64,000 nt of DNA from Amphiscolops sp. MND2022 (GCA_964187785.1 OZ076409.1:3412001-3476000); one strand, 5' to 3'. Counted from the stretch's first letter, positions 50,101-63,607 are shown. Numbers and translations are program-made. Notes: generated from the sequence alone by a model not told the origin.

Positions 50101-53100
50101 TTCTTTATTGATCCCTCACAGGAACAGCCTCTAATTGGTATGATGGTCTTTCTCAAGTTTATAAAAACGATTGGTCTTCCTTTTTTTCAAAATTTCAAAC
50201 GAATTCTTTTCTCAAAAACATGCAAACCATGTTCAACTCGAAGCACTTTCCCTTGTTAAAACGATAACGAAATTGTAAGACATTACGCTCTGAAAGTTGA
50301 ACCCCTTGTTAAGCAAGGCTGGTATAATGAATACCCATCAACCATAAATCTCTATTGTAATGATATTTTTACGCGTGGTATCCCAAAAAGCTAAACGATT
50401 TTGCAAACAAACGCTTAATTAAGCGTATTTCTAGTTCACTTGAACCCTCCATTTCTTTCCATTCTCTTGTTAATAAGGTTGACTCTGAAGATATTACCCT
50501 CGAAATCAAATAATTACAAGATCACTCCCTTGAAATTCAGTCTCCCTCTGTCACTTTCAGCAGAATGCTTCTGGTAAAGAAACTCTTTCTGAATCTTCAC
50601 AATTATATGTGGTAGGTACTAATAATAAATCTAAGCCTCAATTATATAAATTTAGTTTTCTGCAGTAAAAATATTCAATCCGTTTCCACCTGCTATTGTA
50701 GACTCACCTGCTTAAAGAATCTAAATCAAAACTACCTACCCCCTCCTCTACCAACATTACCAACCCCAAACAACAAATATAACACTGAAACTCCTCGATA
50801 TCGTAGTCGAAGTAATACTAACCATTATCAAAAATTCGCTCGAGAATCTCGATGAAAATCTCGTTCATACTCTCGTCCCACTTCTCGCTCAAAATAATTT
50901 GATAGACAATCTCCACATAATCATTCTTCATACTTTGATCGTAATCGATCTCGCTACGATTAGCATTAAAGAAATTCTCTTTCACGAACTTATTATGAAT
51001 CTCGCCAAAATTATAACTCTACACCTTATCGTAGACCATAAATCACCATATCGTTCACCATCTAAACCACGTTCTGATCGCTCTGGAAGTCTCGCTCAAA
51101 ACCTATTCTCCACTCCAATCAGATTTACAAACCCACTAGTAATCCATCTCAAAAACCACTTCATCAACTCGCGACCAACACTCCACAGAACATAAAAACC
51201 TAAATTTGAAGTTATTATGTACCACGCAACCTCTTTCCCTCTAGTAACTTCTCCACACTTACAATCAATCTTGCTAACGCTATAACACCTTCTACCTGAT
51301 TTGTTAACTTACACACCTTCAAACCCCCTGAAGTCTCGCTTTACCTTCTAAACTAGAACTTTTATTCCTACAAGACAGCGGCGCTTCCATATGTGTTTTA
51401 GACATCCACCTTCGCAATATTACCTAATCATGTTCTTAAATGTTCCAAATCCACTCCCTCCAATAAAAATTTACAACCCTCACAGTAGCAAATAAAGCTT
51501 AGGTACCCATATTATTCAATGTCGTCCTCACAGTACATACCTCCTTTCATGTAAACACTCACACTCTTATTAACCCGTTTGCAATTGCAAATATCAAATG
51601 TAATATTCTTGGTACCCGTTTCTTTGAAATGTATGTTAAAACTCTCAGCATTGGGCAAACGTCACTCACATTTAAAACACCACATGAATCCCATGTCAGT
51701 ACTCTTCCTTTCACTGCTCATGAAGAAAAAAAATACCCCGTTGTCTCATACATATGCACACTTAAAGTCAAAAACATATTATATTTTAAACTTCACGCGC
51801 CACAAGTTATTCATTTTCCAATTCATCCCACTCTCCCTTTAACGAACAAAACGTCCGAAAACTAAATTAAATTTCCTTCAACCCAACACCCATTTTTCAA
51901 TACCCGCTTTAACGACATTTGTGATTTTCTCTAAGATTATCAATCAAAATTTTAAAACCAAACCCGACAGTTGCTCCGCTATAATCTAAACTTTTACTCA
52001 TCACTCCGTAATCGTTTCGCCAGGGTACATCTGCTGTATTGCAGTTCCTGCCACTAATTTTAAACTACTCCACTATAAAGTTAATGATGTCAATTCTCTC
52101 ATCCACACTATATTTCGTTCATTTTACCCAGATCTCTCAAAACCCAAACATCCTATTCGTCGTACCGCACTCCGAAAAACCAACTTGGAAGGTAATACCA
52201 GACAATCATCTCAAATTTTAAACCGACGTCTTCCTTGTTAACCGTATTCACCAGATACTCAAGAGTTTCTTAACAATTTAAAAGTTCGAAACTCGGATGT
52301 CATTGATGACGTTATGACGAAAATTTAAAACTCTGCTGAATTCCAGTTAAATTTCAACACTGTTATGGTACTCACCGTAATGATAATGGTAAAAAAGCTA
52401 CTTTATTCAAAATTCGTCCCGAACATAATACTAAACTCCAAACTCAAAGACCTACTAAAGTACCCATACATTATAGAGAAAAAGTAAAAAATCTACTCGA
52501 TGATTTAGAGACTCGCAACATTATTTGAAAAACTGGCTCTACTCCTTCAGATAATTCCAATTATGGTACTACTTTTTACAACCAACTCATCATTATTCTC
52601 AAAAGAGAAACAATTAAAGTCGTCCTAGACGCAACTCACCTCAACTCCAATGATGACAAATCCTTTGAGTCTTGTCCTATTGAACTTTTAGCTCCTCAAT
52701 TTGCAAAAGCTAACAAAAAATTGGAGTCTGCAATTGATATCATGGACGCCTATGCACCCGCCTCCTTAGATAAAGTAACTATTACTCTCACTTGAAATTA
52801 CTCCTCCTTCTGACACTCTGCAGCAGAAAGCTTCTGTTGGAAGAACTCCTTCAGAATCTCCACAATTATATGCAGTAGATACTAATAATAAATCTAAACC
52901 TCAGTTTTATTAAATTAGCTTTCTGTCGTAAAAATAATCATTCTGTTTCCACCTGCTATTGTAGACTCATTGTGCTTAAAGAATCTGAACCTATATCGAA
53001 ACCTATGATTTCATCCGAGGTTTCTACGGTCCTCGAGGACTCCCAATTTTTTTCACCAGACGGAGGTATTCCTCTTTTTGAAAACTCCTACACCAATTGT

Positions 53101-56100
53101 TGTTTAATTTGACGGTATCTTCTTCTTGATATCTTCTTCCCATATTTGAACTCCGATATTAGACTTAATTAAACAGTTACACTAAATATTTAGCTCTAAT
53201 AATTTTGGAATTGCTCCTGAAAATTCATTTTATATTCTCCTCACTGTCAATGTTCTCGCACATGAAATTGGCAACAACACCAATAAACCCAACCTTTCTA
53301 TATTTTCGTTGACGGCTTTTTATAGGTTTTAGGTGCAATCTATTTCACCCCAACCAAGATAATAAAATGCAAGTTAAATTTTCTAACTCACGTATTTTAA
53401 CAACACAAGAACAACCCCTTTTAACTTTAGATCACGAATTCTGAGCTATAGCGTTTGCACTTTCTCAATACGAGATTATTTATATTGGCTCCAATTTCCC
53501 GATCAGTATTTTCATTGATCATAACCCTATTTTATTTCTAATCATCCTTGAAGGAAACCCCAAACCAAGACAATATAAAAACCAAATGCTATTAACAAAA
53601 TTCTCAAATATTCAAAATAATCTTACTGCAGGTACTATATTAACTGTTGCTCTTATGCTCAGTCAAAATACTTCAAGCAAGTATTACAAGCACAATGCTT
53701 CGATTACATCTCAAAACATTTCCACAACTTAGAAGAAATATGGAAAATTCCCTAAACCTAACCTATGACACATTATCTCATACTAATGCTATAACGCAAA
53801 CTCTTATTAACTCTACTTCTACCAGTTCATTGCAATTTTTTGACTGATATGTTCAATCTAAAGTGTTTGAAAACACTTTCCTTCCACCCGACACAATTTT
53901 AACAATAGCGATCTTTCTCAAAGCTCAAAAAGATGATCCTGTTCACTCCCCAGTTTATACATGGTTAAAACTAAAACAAAAACCTTAAATCCTAACCCCA
54001 GTTATTGACGCTGACTCCGTTCTCAACACGTACTATGAACCATTTCAACAATCATACTTAGATCCAAATCCACACCCCGTTCGATACTATACACCTAACA
54101 CTCGATAATTTGAAGAAATCTGCACCAAAACTCAACTATCTATTAACTAAACTCGCATTTGTTTACCATTTAAACTCTTCTATGCTGCTTTTGACAAAAA
54201 CCCATCTACGAGGCCACTTCGGTGAAAACTATCCATTTAAACTGTTAGGCAGTTTAATTAAATTCCACATTTACCTTTTTGAATCTCTGTTTTCATTTAT
54301 GATTGTGTTGAATATCAAACGAGCAAACACGTCCCTATCAAACCTAACATAATTTATCCTCCTCTTCCATTTTTTTAAAAATGCCACAAATTTTAATGAT
54401 AGAATCTCCATGGACAGAAACGGATCTAATTCCCCTTCTTCACAAAATGAGTCCTTAGTTTTTGTAATCTATGACGCCTTCAATCAATTTTAGTTACCAA
54501 CCCTGTACCTCATATTTCTTCTAGATATGCTACTCAAGCACTGCTTAACAATTCTATCGGTAACTTTGGCCCTCCTCAGAATCTCGTAACTGATCAAGGT
54601 ACAGAATATTAGATTCAAAATATGACACATCTTTGGTCTCTCTCTTTAAAAACAATCATTCTCCACAAACTCCATTTCCTCCTTCGACCAATGGTTGAGT
54701 GGAAGTACGCAACCAAAACTTTGGAACTCATTTTTGCTTCTTTTTACAAACTCCTCCTCCAAATTGGTCATTTCCCACGCCATTGTGTGCTTACGCTCGT
54801 AATAGTACTCCTCTTCCCCAACTTCAACTCTCTCCATATCAAATTAGTTTTCATACACACCCCAGTTTCCCATTAATTTTTTCTTTTATTTTAGTAAGTA
54901 AATCTGCCTAAGACTGTATTGTCACAAACTCTGATTCAGTTCCAATCATTACACACTACAGTGAACAAGATCTTGATCCTTTTTTCCGCTCACTCATATT
55001 TAAACCTAGTTTTTTATATCTTTTATCAGCTGAACATAGTTCATATTCATATAACTAACAAAAATAAATTTACAATTTTCTATATTTGTAACAACTCATT
55101 TAAAACAACTCCCTTTTAATACCTTTTTTATTCACACTAGTGTATATCTGACATTTTCTCTCCAGCTTTTCCGTGTTGGTCCATATAAAATTCTTCAACC
55201 TCTCTCAGATGTTACATAGGAACTCATGGCTCAAGATGGCTCTACATTTCATACTCACCGAAACAACACTTTACCATATTACCCCAAAGAACCTGATGTT
55301 TTCCCATATCTCCGTCAAATCATTCTACCCCCTCACTCCTTATAATCCTGATACTGATTCGTACAAAGATAATCTCACTCACTCTTTCCATTTTATTAAA
55401 GAAACACTATTCGAATCTTTTGACCCTCATACTTCTATTAAAACAATTGCACAACCTCAACGCACTTTACCTCCATCTCCGAATTATCAAGTTCTCCCTG
55501 ATTTTATAACCTCCTATTGGTTCACTTGATGAAACTTTTGACTCCATAGATTCCGATTTTGAAATGCTCTGAAATCCTTTTTATCGTACTAGTTCTTCCA
55601 GCACTCCATCTTTGTCTCAATTTTATCCACGTGTTGTTGACTCTCCTAACCATACTTTTGAATCTACTCCTGACTCTCAAACTTTACCCACGCTAATTAG
55701 AGCTCGTCACCTTATAATTTACGCTCACTGCCACCAAAGGATTGACATACCCCCAATACTAACATTAACCTTTCTACTTAATTTTAAATTCAACCACTAA
55801 TTGTAATAGTTTTACAAACGCTACTTGACTTGTCTCCTGTCTAGACTTCTCATTATTTCTGACGCATGACATACCGAATCTGATTATTAGACATCCCATT
55901 TCTTACAGTTCGATCATTTTGTGAAAAACTTTCCGACTGTACAGTCGACTTCTAACGGTTGCTATCGACTAATAACCAAGACTAACAACAACTTCAACTT
56001 TCTTTAGTATATCGATTTTTAGTTGAAGAAAAGTATTTTATTCTATCTACTTTTAAAACCACTCACTGCTATAATATAAAAATTACGTTTCCTTCCTGGA

Positions 56101-56290
56101 TCCCACTGTTATTTTTGCATCAGGCTCCACAGACTCATCTGTTTCTTCCTCAGTCTCCACCGGAACTTACACCACTTCTCAAACCTCTTTGTTAATCTTA
56201 AGCCGTCTTCCTCTAAACCCTAAACCTAATACTCGCTCTTTAGACAAACCCCCTAAAAATACTCCTTTAGACTCTATGTTTAACTTTTAT
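47123..56290 (+). mobile_element. Ty3/Gypsy copy D (LTR-PBS-gag-pro-RT-RH-IN), heavily decayed, no 3' LTR seen
   Basis: LTR ~47123-47427, PBS TGGTGCAACCAAG 47430-47442, gag homology 48390-51200, DSGAS ~51375, RT 52370-53290, RNase H 53300-53680, integrase (RISMD, TDQGTE, NGxVEVRN) 54400-54870. The 3' boundary is approximate. Confidence 0.88.
48639..49124 (+). mobile_element. Helentron-associated (HINE/DINE-1-like) non-autonomous element inserted in gag of copy D
   Basis: Sub-TIR AGTCGGCGCC (48644-48653) / GGCGCCGACT (49095-49104), a 5' hairpin, a 3' hairpin AGACG-TTCT-CGTCT, internal AAGGGTCCCCCCTTT repeats and T-run flanks. Gag homology (LVETHVEP|FPIPFTSPL) resumes after removal. Confidence 0.82.
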
Positions 56291-59200
56291 TATGTAGGTT
56301 TAAGAGAAAATAGGTAATCTTTTTCTTTTTGAGCGGTAAAAGAGATTCATGGGGTGTTCTAAATGTGAGTGACACTTAATCAAGTTTGAGAGTTTTAACA
56401 TGTTTTTCAAAGAAAGGGGTACCAAGAGTATTGTTTTTGGTATTTGCTATTGCGACAGGATAACAAAAGTTGGAGTACTTCCATGAATGGAGGTAAGTTT
56501 TGTGAGGATGGCTTTGAATAGTATGTGTACTTCAGCTTCTTTTGCTACTGAGAGTTTTACCATCGGTATTAGAAGGATTAGATTTTGAACATTCAAGAAA
56601 ATGGTCAGCTAATATTGTGACTGTGGGTAAGTTTAGAACACAAACAGAAACGCCGCTCTCTAGAAAAATTAAAATTTCTTGTTTAGAAGGTAAAGAAGAG
56701 TCTTCAGGTGCTTTGAGATGTATGGATTGACAAACCATGCAGAAGGAGGATTGACAAACCATATAGCGTTAGCATGATTGTTTGCGAAAGTGGAAGATGT
56801 TACATGAAGAGCGGTGGTTGGATGATACATATCAATTTCAAATTTAGGTTCTGCGGAGGCTTTTTTTGAGTTGACGAAATAGGTTGTTGATAGTTGGTAT
56901 TATTCGGTTTGTAAGTATAATTGTAGTGGAGATTAGAATTTGAGTGTGATCTACTTCGATAACGATCAGTAAGGGTGAACGATATGGTGATTGATACCGT
57001 CAAAAAGATGAGTTGTTATAACTAGAGGAGCGTTCACGATAACGAAGATATTTTTTAGGGACTACGAGAAGATGTGTAGATGTAATATGGACGGAAAAAA
57101 GTTTTCGTGAAGGAAATGTTTATAACGATGATGATAGCGAGTTCGATTACGATCATAGTATGAAGACTAATAAGAGATTTGTCGAATATTTTGAACGAGA
57201 GTTTGAGCGAGAGTGGGGAACGAAATTTGTATCGAGATGCTTATAAAATTTAATGATATTGGTTACTATTATCACTTCGACTACGATTACGAGAAGTTTG
57301 AATTTTGGTTTTGCTGTCTGATGTTCTGCAATATTGATAGAAAGAGGGAGTAGGTGATTTTGATTGGAGTTTAGATTTTTTAGGCATTTTGAATGTAAAA
57401 TAACAGGTGGAAACCGAATGATTCTTTTAATGGCAGAACGGAAATAATTCTTTATACTGGAGTTTGGATTTATTTTTAGGATCCACTGAATATAGTTGTG
57501 GACATTCGGAAGTCTTTTCTTTAAAAGAAAAATTCTGTTGAAAAGTGTCGGAGCGAGTTCGAATTTAAAAGGAATGTTCTTGCGTTTCAACTTTATTCAA
57601 GAGTACTATCTTTGGAAGCAACCAAATTGACAAGAGAATGGAAAGGAATGGAGGGTTAATGTAAACTAGAAAAACGATAGTTGGCAAAATGTTTTTTTTT
57701 GGGAGACCACCCGTAAAACCTTATTTCATTTGAGGTGTATGGTTGATAGGTATTCCTGTACCAGCCTTGTTCAACAAGATTTTCAACTTTCTTTCAGAAT
57801 GTCGCACATTTTTGTAATCATTTTTAACAAAGGGAAGTGCTTCTAGTTGCGCAAGATATGCATGTTTTTGAGAAAAGAATTGTTTTTGAAAATTTTTTTG
57901 AGAAGGAATACCAATCATACCAATTGGAGGCAGTTCCTGTGATGGAAAAAAGGAGATATTCGTCTGGAGTGCCATTTTGAATATGATTGAACATCAAAGG
58001 GTTGAGATCCAAGTTGAAAGGTTACACGTGCACTGAGGTGAGCTAAAAACGTTTCTGGAAGGTATGTGTGATCCAAGCCATCAAGCAGTTCAATGGGATC
58101 AGAGAGAGAGAGAGAGAGCAGCAAAAGAAACAGAAGGAGTCAATTGAAAAACAGATGGAGGAGGTTGTGAAGAACGTGGATTGAAAGGTAGAAGCAGATG
58201 ATTGGGGAGGGCTAGAAGGCAGATAAGGGGGTTGAAAAGAAGATTAATCATAGTTTTAAAAATCTAGGTGAAGTGATGCGTGAGGATCATAGGATGTAGG
58301 AGGAGGATTTGAAGTATTTTGAGATGTGGCAAAAGAGGATTGAGGATTTTGATTACAAGACGAAAGAGTTGGAGGAAAGTATGATTGAAAAGAGTGGGAT
58401 TGGGGTTGAGTGGTGATGGAATTATAGAAATAAACATAAAATGGAAGAAGGATTTGATGGAGGTGAGAGAATGTTGAGTAGTAATGAAATTTATTTTGGA
58501 AGAAGTAATACAGTTGTGTAGTGATTAAGAAGTTGAAGGTTGAGTATTGGTAGGTTCTGGTGAAAAAGAGGAATAAGGGGATCTAAATTTGGAGGAAACC
58601 AATATGGTGAGTAGTTAATAAAACATTGGGAGATGAGGGAATAGTTTGTAAAGAAAGATCAGATGTGGTGTTAATTGATGGAATCTGAAAGGTATGCTTT
58701 GCTGGTCTAACAGAAAGATGAAGTTCAAGATTTTCATCAATGCTGTGGTTGTCAAACGGGAGGTGGATGGAGTGAGCAAAAGGAAAATCCAGGAGGTTAT
58801 AAAACTGAGGATGATGATTTTCAGAAGTGGCAATAAAAGGTAAAAATTCAGTGGCAGAACATTGCAAAGGAAAGTCAGTACAGGAGTCTTGGAGTTTTGA
58901 ATCACAAACATCTAGGTAGTTATGTCGAAGAAGTTTTCAAAGAAAGAGAGAGTGGATTCGAATTTCTTCTTTACTTTGTGTATTCGAAATGAGATTTTGA
59001 AAGAGTTGGGTTTGAAAGTGGTGAGTTTGAAGAAAATCAGTGATTACCCGATGATGAGGAATCCTTTCAATACTGGGAAAGGCAAAAATAGTTTTCTGTA
59101 GCAGAGCTTGTATAGCGAATGGAGTAAAAGCATGTTGAAGTAAAAGATTTCCTATAAAGAGGTTTTTGAGGAAGGTGGTGAAAACTTGAGCTATGGGAAT

Positions 59201-60827
59201 ATAAATCTTAGAAAGATATAAGTTTTTACGAAAGGTTTCGTTACGATAAAGAGCCGAGGTTAAAGGAAGTTGAAAAGAGGGTTCACCGAGAGTTTCGAGA
59301 GTTTCTCTTGAAGAACGTGTGTCGATATAACATTGATATCAGTCTTGATGACCACGAATAAGAGGTATAGTGTGAATATCTTCAGGGTATGTTTCAAATG
59401 GAAGAGGAATAGTTGAGTTATGGATTTGATTTTTATGCAGTTTGGTAATTCTTTAAGCGGTATCGCGTGAAAAAGGATAATGAGTATCATCAAAAAAGGA
59501 GGGCGGAGTAAAGGAGCAGGTGGGTCAGTCATTATGAGTGGTGATGAGAAAAATACTTTTACCAGATTTGGTCTAAGATAGTATCAGGGTGAATAGAAGG
59601 TTCGGTGTTCGGTTGGCAGTGGTATTGATATCGATGGAATTCAAGAAATATATATATTGACTTTGGAAGTAGAAGAGAAGATTAAAATGAACTGTTGAGA
59701 GGAGTACACAAAGTAAGTTAGCAAGAGTTGTGAGAGAGCAATGAAAGGGATTGAGTTTGAAAGAAAGAGGAGCATGAAAGTATGAGATGAGAATGAAAGA
59801 AACTTTTGAGAGTCAAGATGAAATAGGACTGAGGTGTGTTAAAATGAGGTTTAGTGTAGTTTAACATAGAGAGGGGAAAAGATAACATGAGAAAAGGGGT
59901 GAATTTATTAAAAATAGGAGACACCAATTTTTTCTTCGAGAAGCATGAGAAAAACAAGCATTGCGAAAATACATGTGACAAAAACAAAGATTGTAGCAAG
60001 TTTTTCAAATAAGAACATTGATTGTGGTATCAAAGATATTGTCGGGGAAAAAATCAATCATGAATTTGTTTACGAGGAGAAGAACGATCGCGAAAGGTCC
60101 AAACATGGACAACAAAATAAAAAAAATACAATCGGAATCATTTTAGGAAGGCATGAAGATGTACAAAAGCGACGCAATTAGTTGTATCAACAGAAATGTT
60201 GAACCACATAATGTTTTGGCTATTACAGAAAAATGGTGTACCGAGAATGTCGAATCAAAGATGGTTTGTACTAGAATTGTACCGAAAGGACGTCGAACCA
60301 ACTTGCAGAAAAGTTGAATTTGTACCGACAAAAATGCCGAATCACTTTTTGTGTGTAGTAGAGAGAGTTGGTGTACCGACAAAGGTGTCGAATCACTTCG
60401 ATATGATTAGTATAGAAGAAAGAAATTGTGTACCGATAGGGAGAATATCAAACCAAAATGGTTAGTACATAAGAGAGTAGAAAAAGGAAAGCAAAAAAAG
60501 TACTTTTCTTGGTCGCACCATTTAAAGTACTTTGGTATTGGTTGGATTTGGATTGTTTAGTTGGACGATTGTTTCGGAGATGATCAGTACTTTAAAAGAC
60601 TCTAACAGAGCTGCAGTGTTCGGCCTAAAGATTGACAACTTGATGTTGGAAGATTTATTATCGTTGTGAATAGTTCAAATCAAGAACTGTTTTACAGATA
60701 GAATAAGCAATGAATACAAAATAGATACATTAAAATTCAAAGCAGCGAGTACAATTCTAGACATTCAGAAAAAAGGAAAAAGAGGGGATGATTATTATTT
60801 ATTAAATCATAGGTATATCAATTTACA
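56290..60827 (-). mobile_element. Ty3/Gypsy copy E (LTR-PBS-gag-pro), 3'-truncated, inverted relative to copy D
   Basis: LTR ~60827-60523, PBS TGGTGCGACCAAG 60520-60508, gag (DGLDHTYLPETFLAHLSARVTFQLG), protease (FLESGVSVCVL). Ends ~56300. Confidence 0.88.
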
Positions 60828-61277
60828 CTTGGGTGGAAAATCGAGAAAAGAAAGACACAATATACTCGGGAACACTAAAAAGTTCCATACAAGTTTCTAC
60901 AATAACTAAAACTAAATAAATTTTCAGAGCACCTGACATAAGTAAAGCCTACTCGGCATTCAAGGGAACAGGAACCCCAATGGACTAAACTGTTATCTCA
61001 ACGAAGTCTACAGCCGTGTGAACGCTAAATTGCCGTGTGAACTAATGTAACTGTAACTAATTTCAGATGTCCAACGTGCATACATAGAGATGCGTACTTG
61101 AAACTTGCGCTAGAATACGTTATTTTAATTAAAACTAGATTGTTTTACTAAATCCTTATTCATCAATATAGTCTTAAATAACAACATCGAAACCGACGAG
61201 TTGAGATATTTGGATTGTCATTGGATTTTTTTAAAAAATTTTGAACAGTCTTCCATATAAAACTTTTACTGTTTCAG

Positions 61278-63607
61278 CTTCTCTGAATACCACAATGTTC
61301 AGTTGTGAGACGGAATACCGTTCATTGGCTAATGAATTAGAGCAGCAAACAAAAAAGGCAACTCTTATACTATGTGACGAGTTTGATTGGCTTAGCGATG
61401 GTCGTCACCCACATCTGGATTGCCTACAAGCAGATCAGAATTGTATTTTTTTCACCTCTCATACGTATTGGAAGGAAATACCCCAGTTTGACAAGTTGCA
61501 TTTAAGTGCTTCCCTCCGATCGACTGGTGAGATATCTCGCTTCGCAGCAAGGTGGAGAGAATGCAGTCGCGTCCGCGAATTCGATTGGCGTCTTGGTCAC
61601 AATTTTGAAGGTGAAAGAGTTGAAGTTCAGATCATCCAAAAACTTGAAATGGAACCAAACAGTCACCGGCAATATTCTCATTTCACTTCTAAATGTGCAA
61701 CTTTAATCAAACAAACGGCAGATAATTTAGCAGATGACGGAGTTCTTCCTGTAATTTGCTTTATGAGTGACGCGCTTCAAGATATGCTGTTTTCTGCTTT
61801 CATAATAATGTTTCCAAACCAACTATGCATCCGCAGAACTGAAAACATGAACCATCTATCAGGGAACCATGGACCTCTTATTCGTTTATTCAGACCTCAC
61901 GAGGTTGCAGGCATGGAGTTTGGTGCAGTTTTTATTTTATTCAGCTACATGCATGTGGCAGACTTTGACTTTGCTCACAACGAGTTTTTTTTCACTGCCA
62001 TTACAAGAGCTTCCACTAAATTGACAATTATAGCGAGTGATTTGCAACTTTCCGATTGCCGGATGTTGAAGAATGACCCGAAGGATGATTTGCAAGAGTG
62101 CTGCCTGACAGACGAGTGGCAGAACTCAACGTTGCAGCAACATATAGCAGCAGCTGGTGCGATCAATGAAAATCTTTCTGTTCTTTTGGTTGGGTATGAA
62201 CCCTCCCTGGCTTCGTTCCAGAAACGAAAATATGAAGCAAGTGGTTTGTCTATTGAAGGGGTTACCGAGTACGTCGGTGTGAAAGGAAGCTTCCTTCACG
62301 TAGAAGATGTGGCTGACACCAAAAGTCTTGAAACATTTCAAAATCTTGGTATAAAAGTTATTTATGTAGCAACTGTTCGTGTACAAGGCAGAATGCAAGA
62401 CAGATTTTACCAAATCACCCACCGGTTGATTGAAGCTTTCTTCAAAAAACAGGAGAACCCTTTTAGGATTTTTTTTCTAGGAGACAAGAACGGAAACATG
62501 GATGAGTTTCTGTCATTTTTAAAATTTGTTCTATCAGAGTCTGGAAAAGGCTCAACCTTCACCAGTATCGATTGCGATACCGAGAGAAATTATTCAGATA
62601 TACTCTATCAAATTCGCAGTGATATTAGCTGGAGAAAGTGGAAACCAAAAGCGGATGCTCTATTTAGAGTAGGTGAAATGGATTTGTCATTAATTGCTTA
62701 CTCCTTTGCTTTCGAAAGCCTGAAAAAAGAGCACCTTTTGGCAAAGCAAAGCAGTAGTTTATCTCAGGTTGTTGAAACGATGAAAGAAGCGGCCAAAGTG
62801 TTGGCAGACGTTTCTTTAGTTTATTTGAAGTTACCACCAATAGAGTCGAGCATACATCCAATTGAAAAATTGGTTCCATTTTGCCTGGATTTTAATGATC
62901 TTCAACCATTCCAATGTCACCTAATGAAAGCTTTGCTTTTCGCAATGTATGCTACAAAATGGAACGTTTGCTGGTTCGAAAGCTATGATAGAATTGGAGC
63001 CGCCGTGCAGAAATTGAGCTTCACAGCTCACATTCAGATGATCGAAGAAGACAAGAAAGCCCCAACTGATACATTGAACAAACGCATGAAAAATTTGATT
63101 AAAGAGGATAAATTGCTGAAGGAACCAGTACGTTTTTGGGACGCTTCTATTTTGAAAATTGGGACATTCTTCTATGCTGATATTGAACCCAAGTTGAAAG
63201 AATTCACCCAAGCTGTAAGTAATTATAAAGAAGGATTGGATTCAGCAACTATTGAAGAGCTTATCTCTTTGAGGAAGAAAGTATCAGATGTGCTTGAAGA
63301 GCTTCAAAAATGTAGTGGTGACGTCAGAAAGAAGATTTTGGATGAGCGTGCTGATCGCGAGGATGCAATTCATAAGCTGAGACTCGAAGCTGATATTGTT
63401 TTAAAATCTGAAATTCTTTTTGGTACATACGCTGTAAGATGGAATCCGACCAATGTCAAAAACTACCAAACTTTATTGGCATCATTGGAGAAGTTTGAAA
63501 CAGTGGTTAACCAACTCAGCGTTGAAACAAAACGTTTATCTCAGTACCTCGAAGTTATCGCGAAGAAGGAAATGTCAAGCAAAAAAAGAAACTTCGTCGG
63601 CATATGA
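61278..63607 (+). CDS. Exon 2 of paralogue 2: SF1 helicase motifs II-VI plus TPR-like/helical C-terminus
   Basis: Uninterrupted ~776-codon frame with Walker B LILCDEF, motif IV LSASLRSTGEI, motif V HEVAGMEFGAV, motif VI FFTAITRASTKL and TPR-like WKPKADALFRVGEMDLSLIAYSFA. It lacks its own Walker A and begins at a strong acceptor. Confidence 0.88.

Larger units (their letters stand above)
46220..61277 (+). other. Predicted 15,058-bp phase-1 GT-AG intron filled with retrotransposons
   Basis: Donor GTTAGT at 46220 is conserved between paralogues; acceptor CTTTTACTGTTTCAG ends at 61277; the join T+CT keeps the frame. An additional small internal exon cannot be excluded. Confidence 0.75.

Noticed and set aside
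61241..61277. TTG start making the 788-aa ORF a stand-alone gene
   Set aside because: The TTG start is a prokaryotic-style call. The segment is a polypyrimidine tract/acceptor, and the ORF lacks Walker A, which exon 1 supplies.
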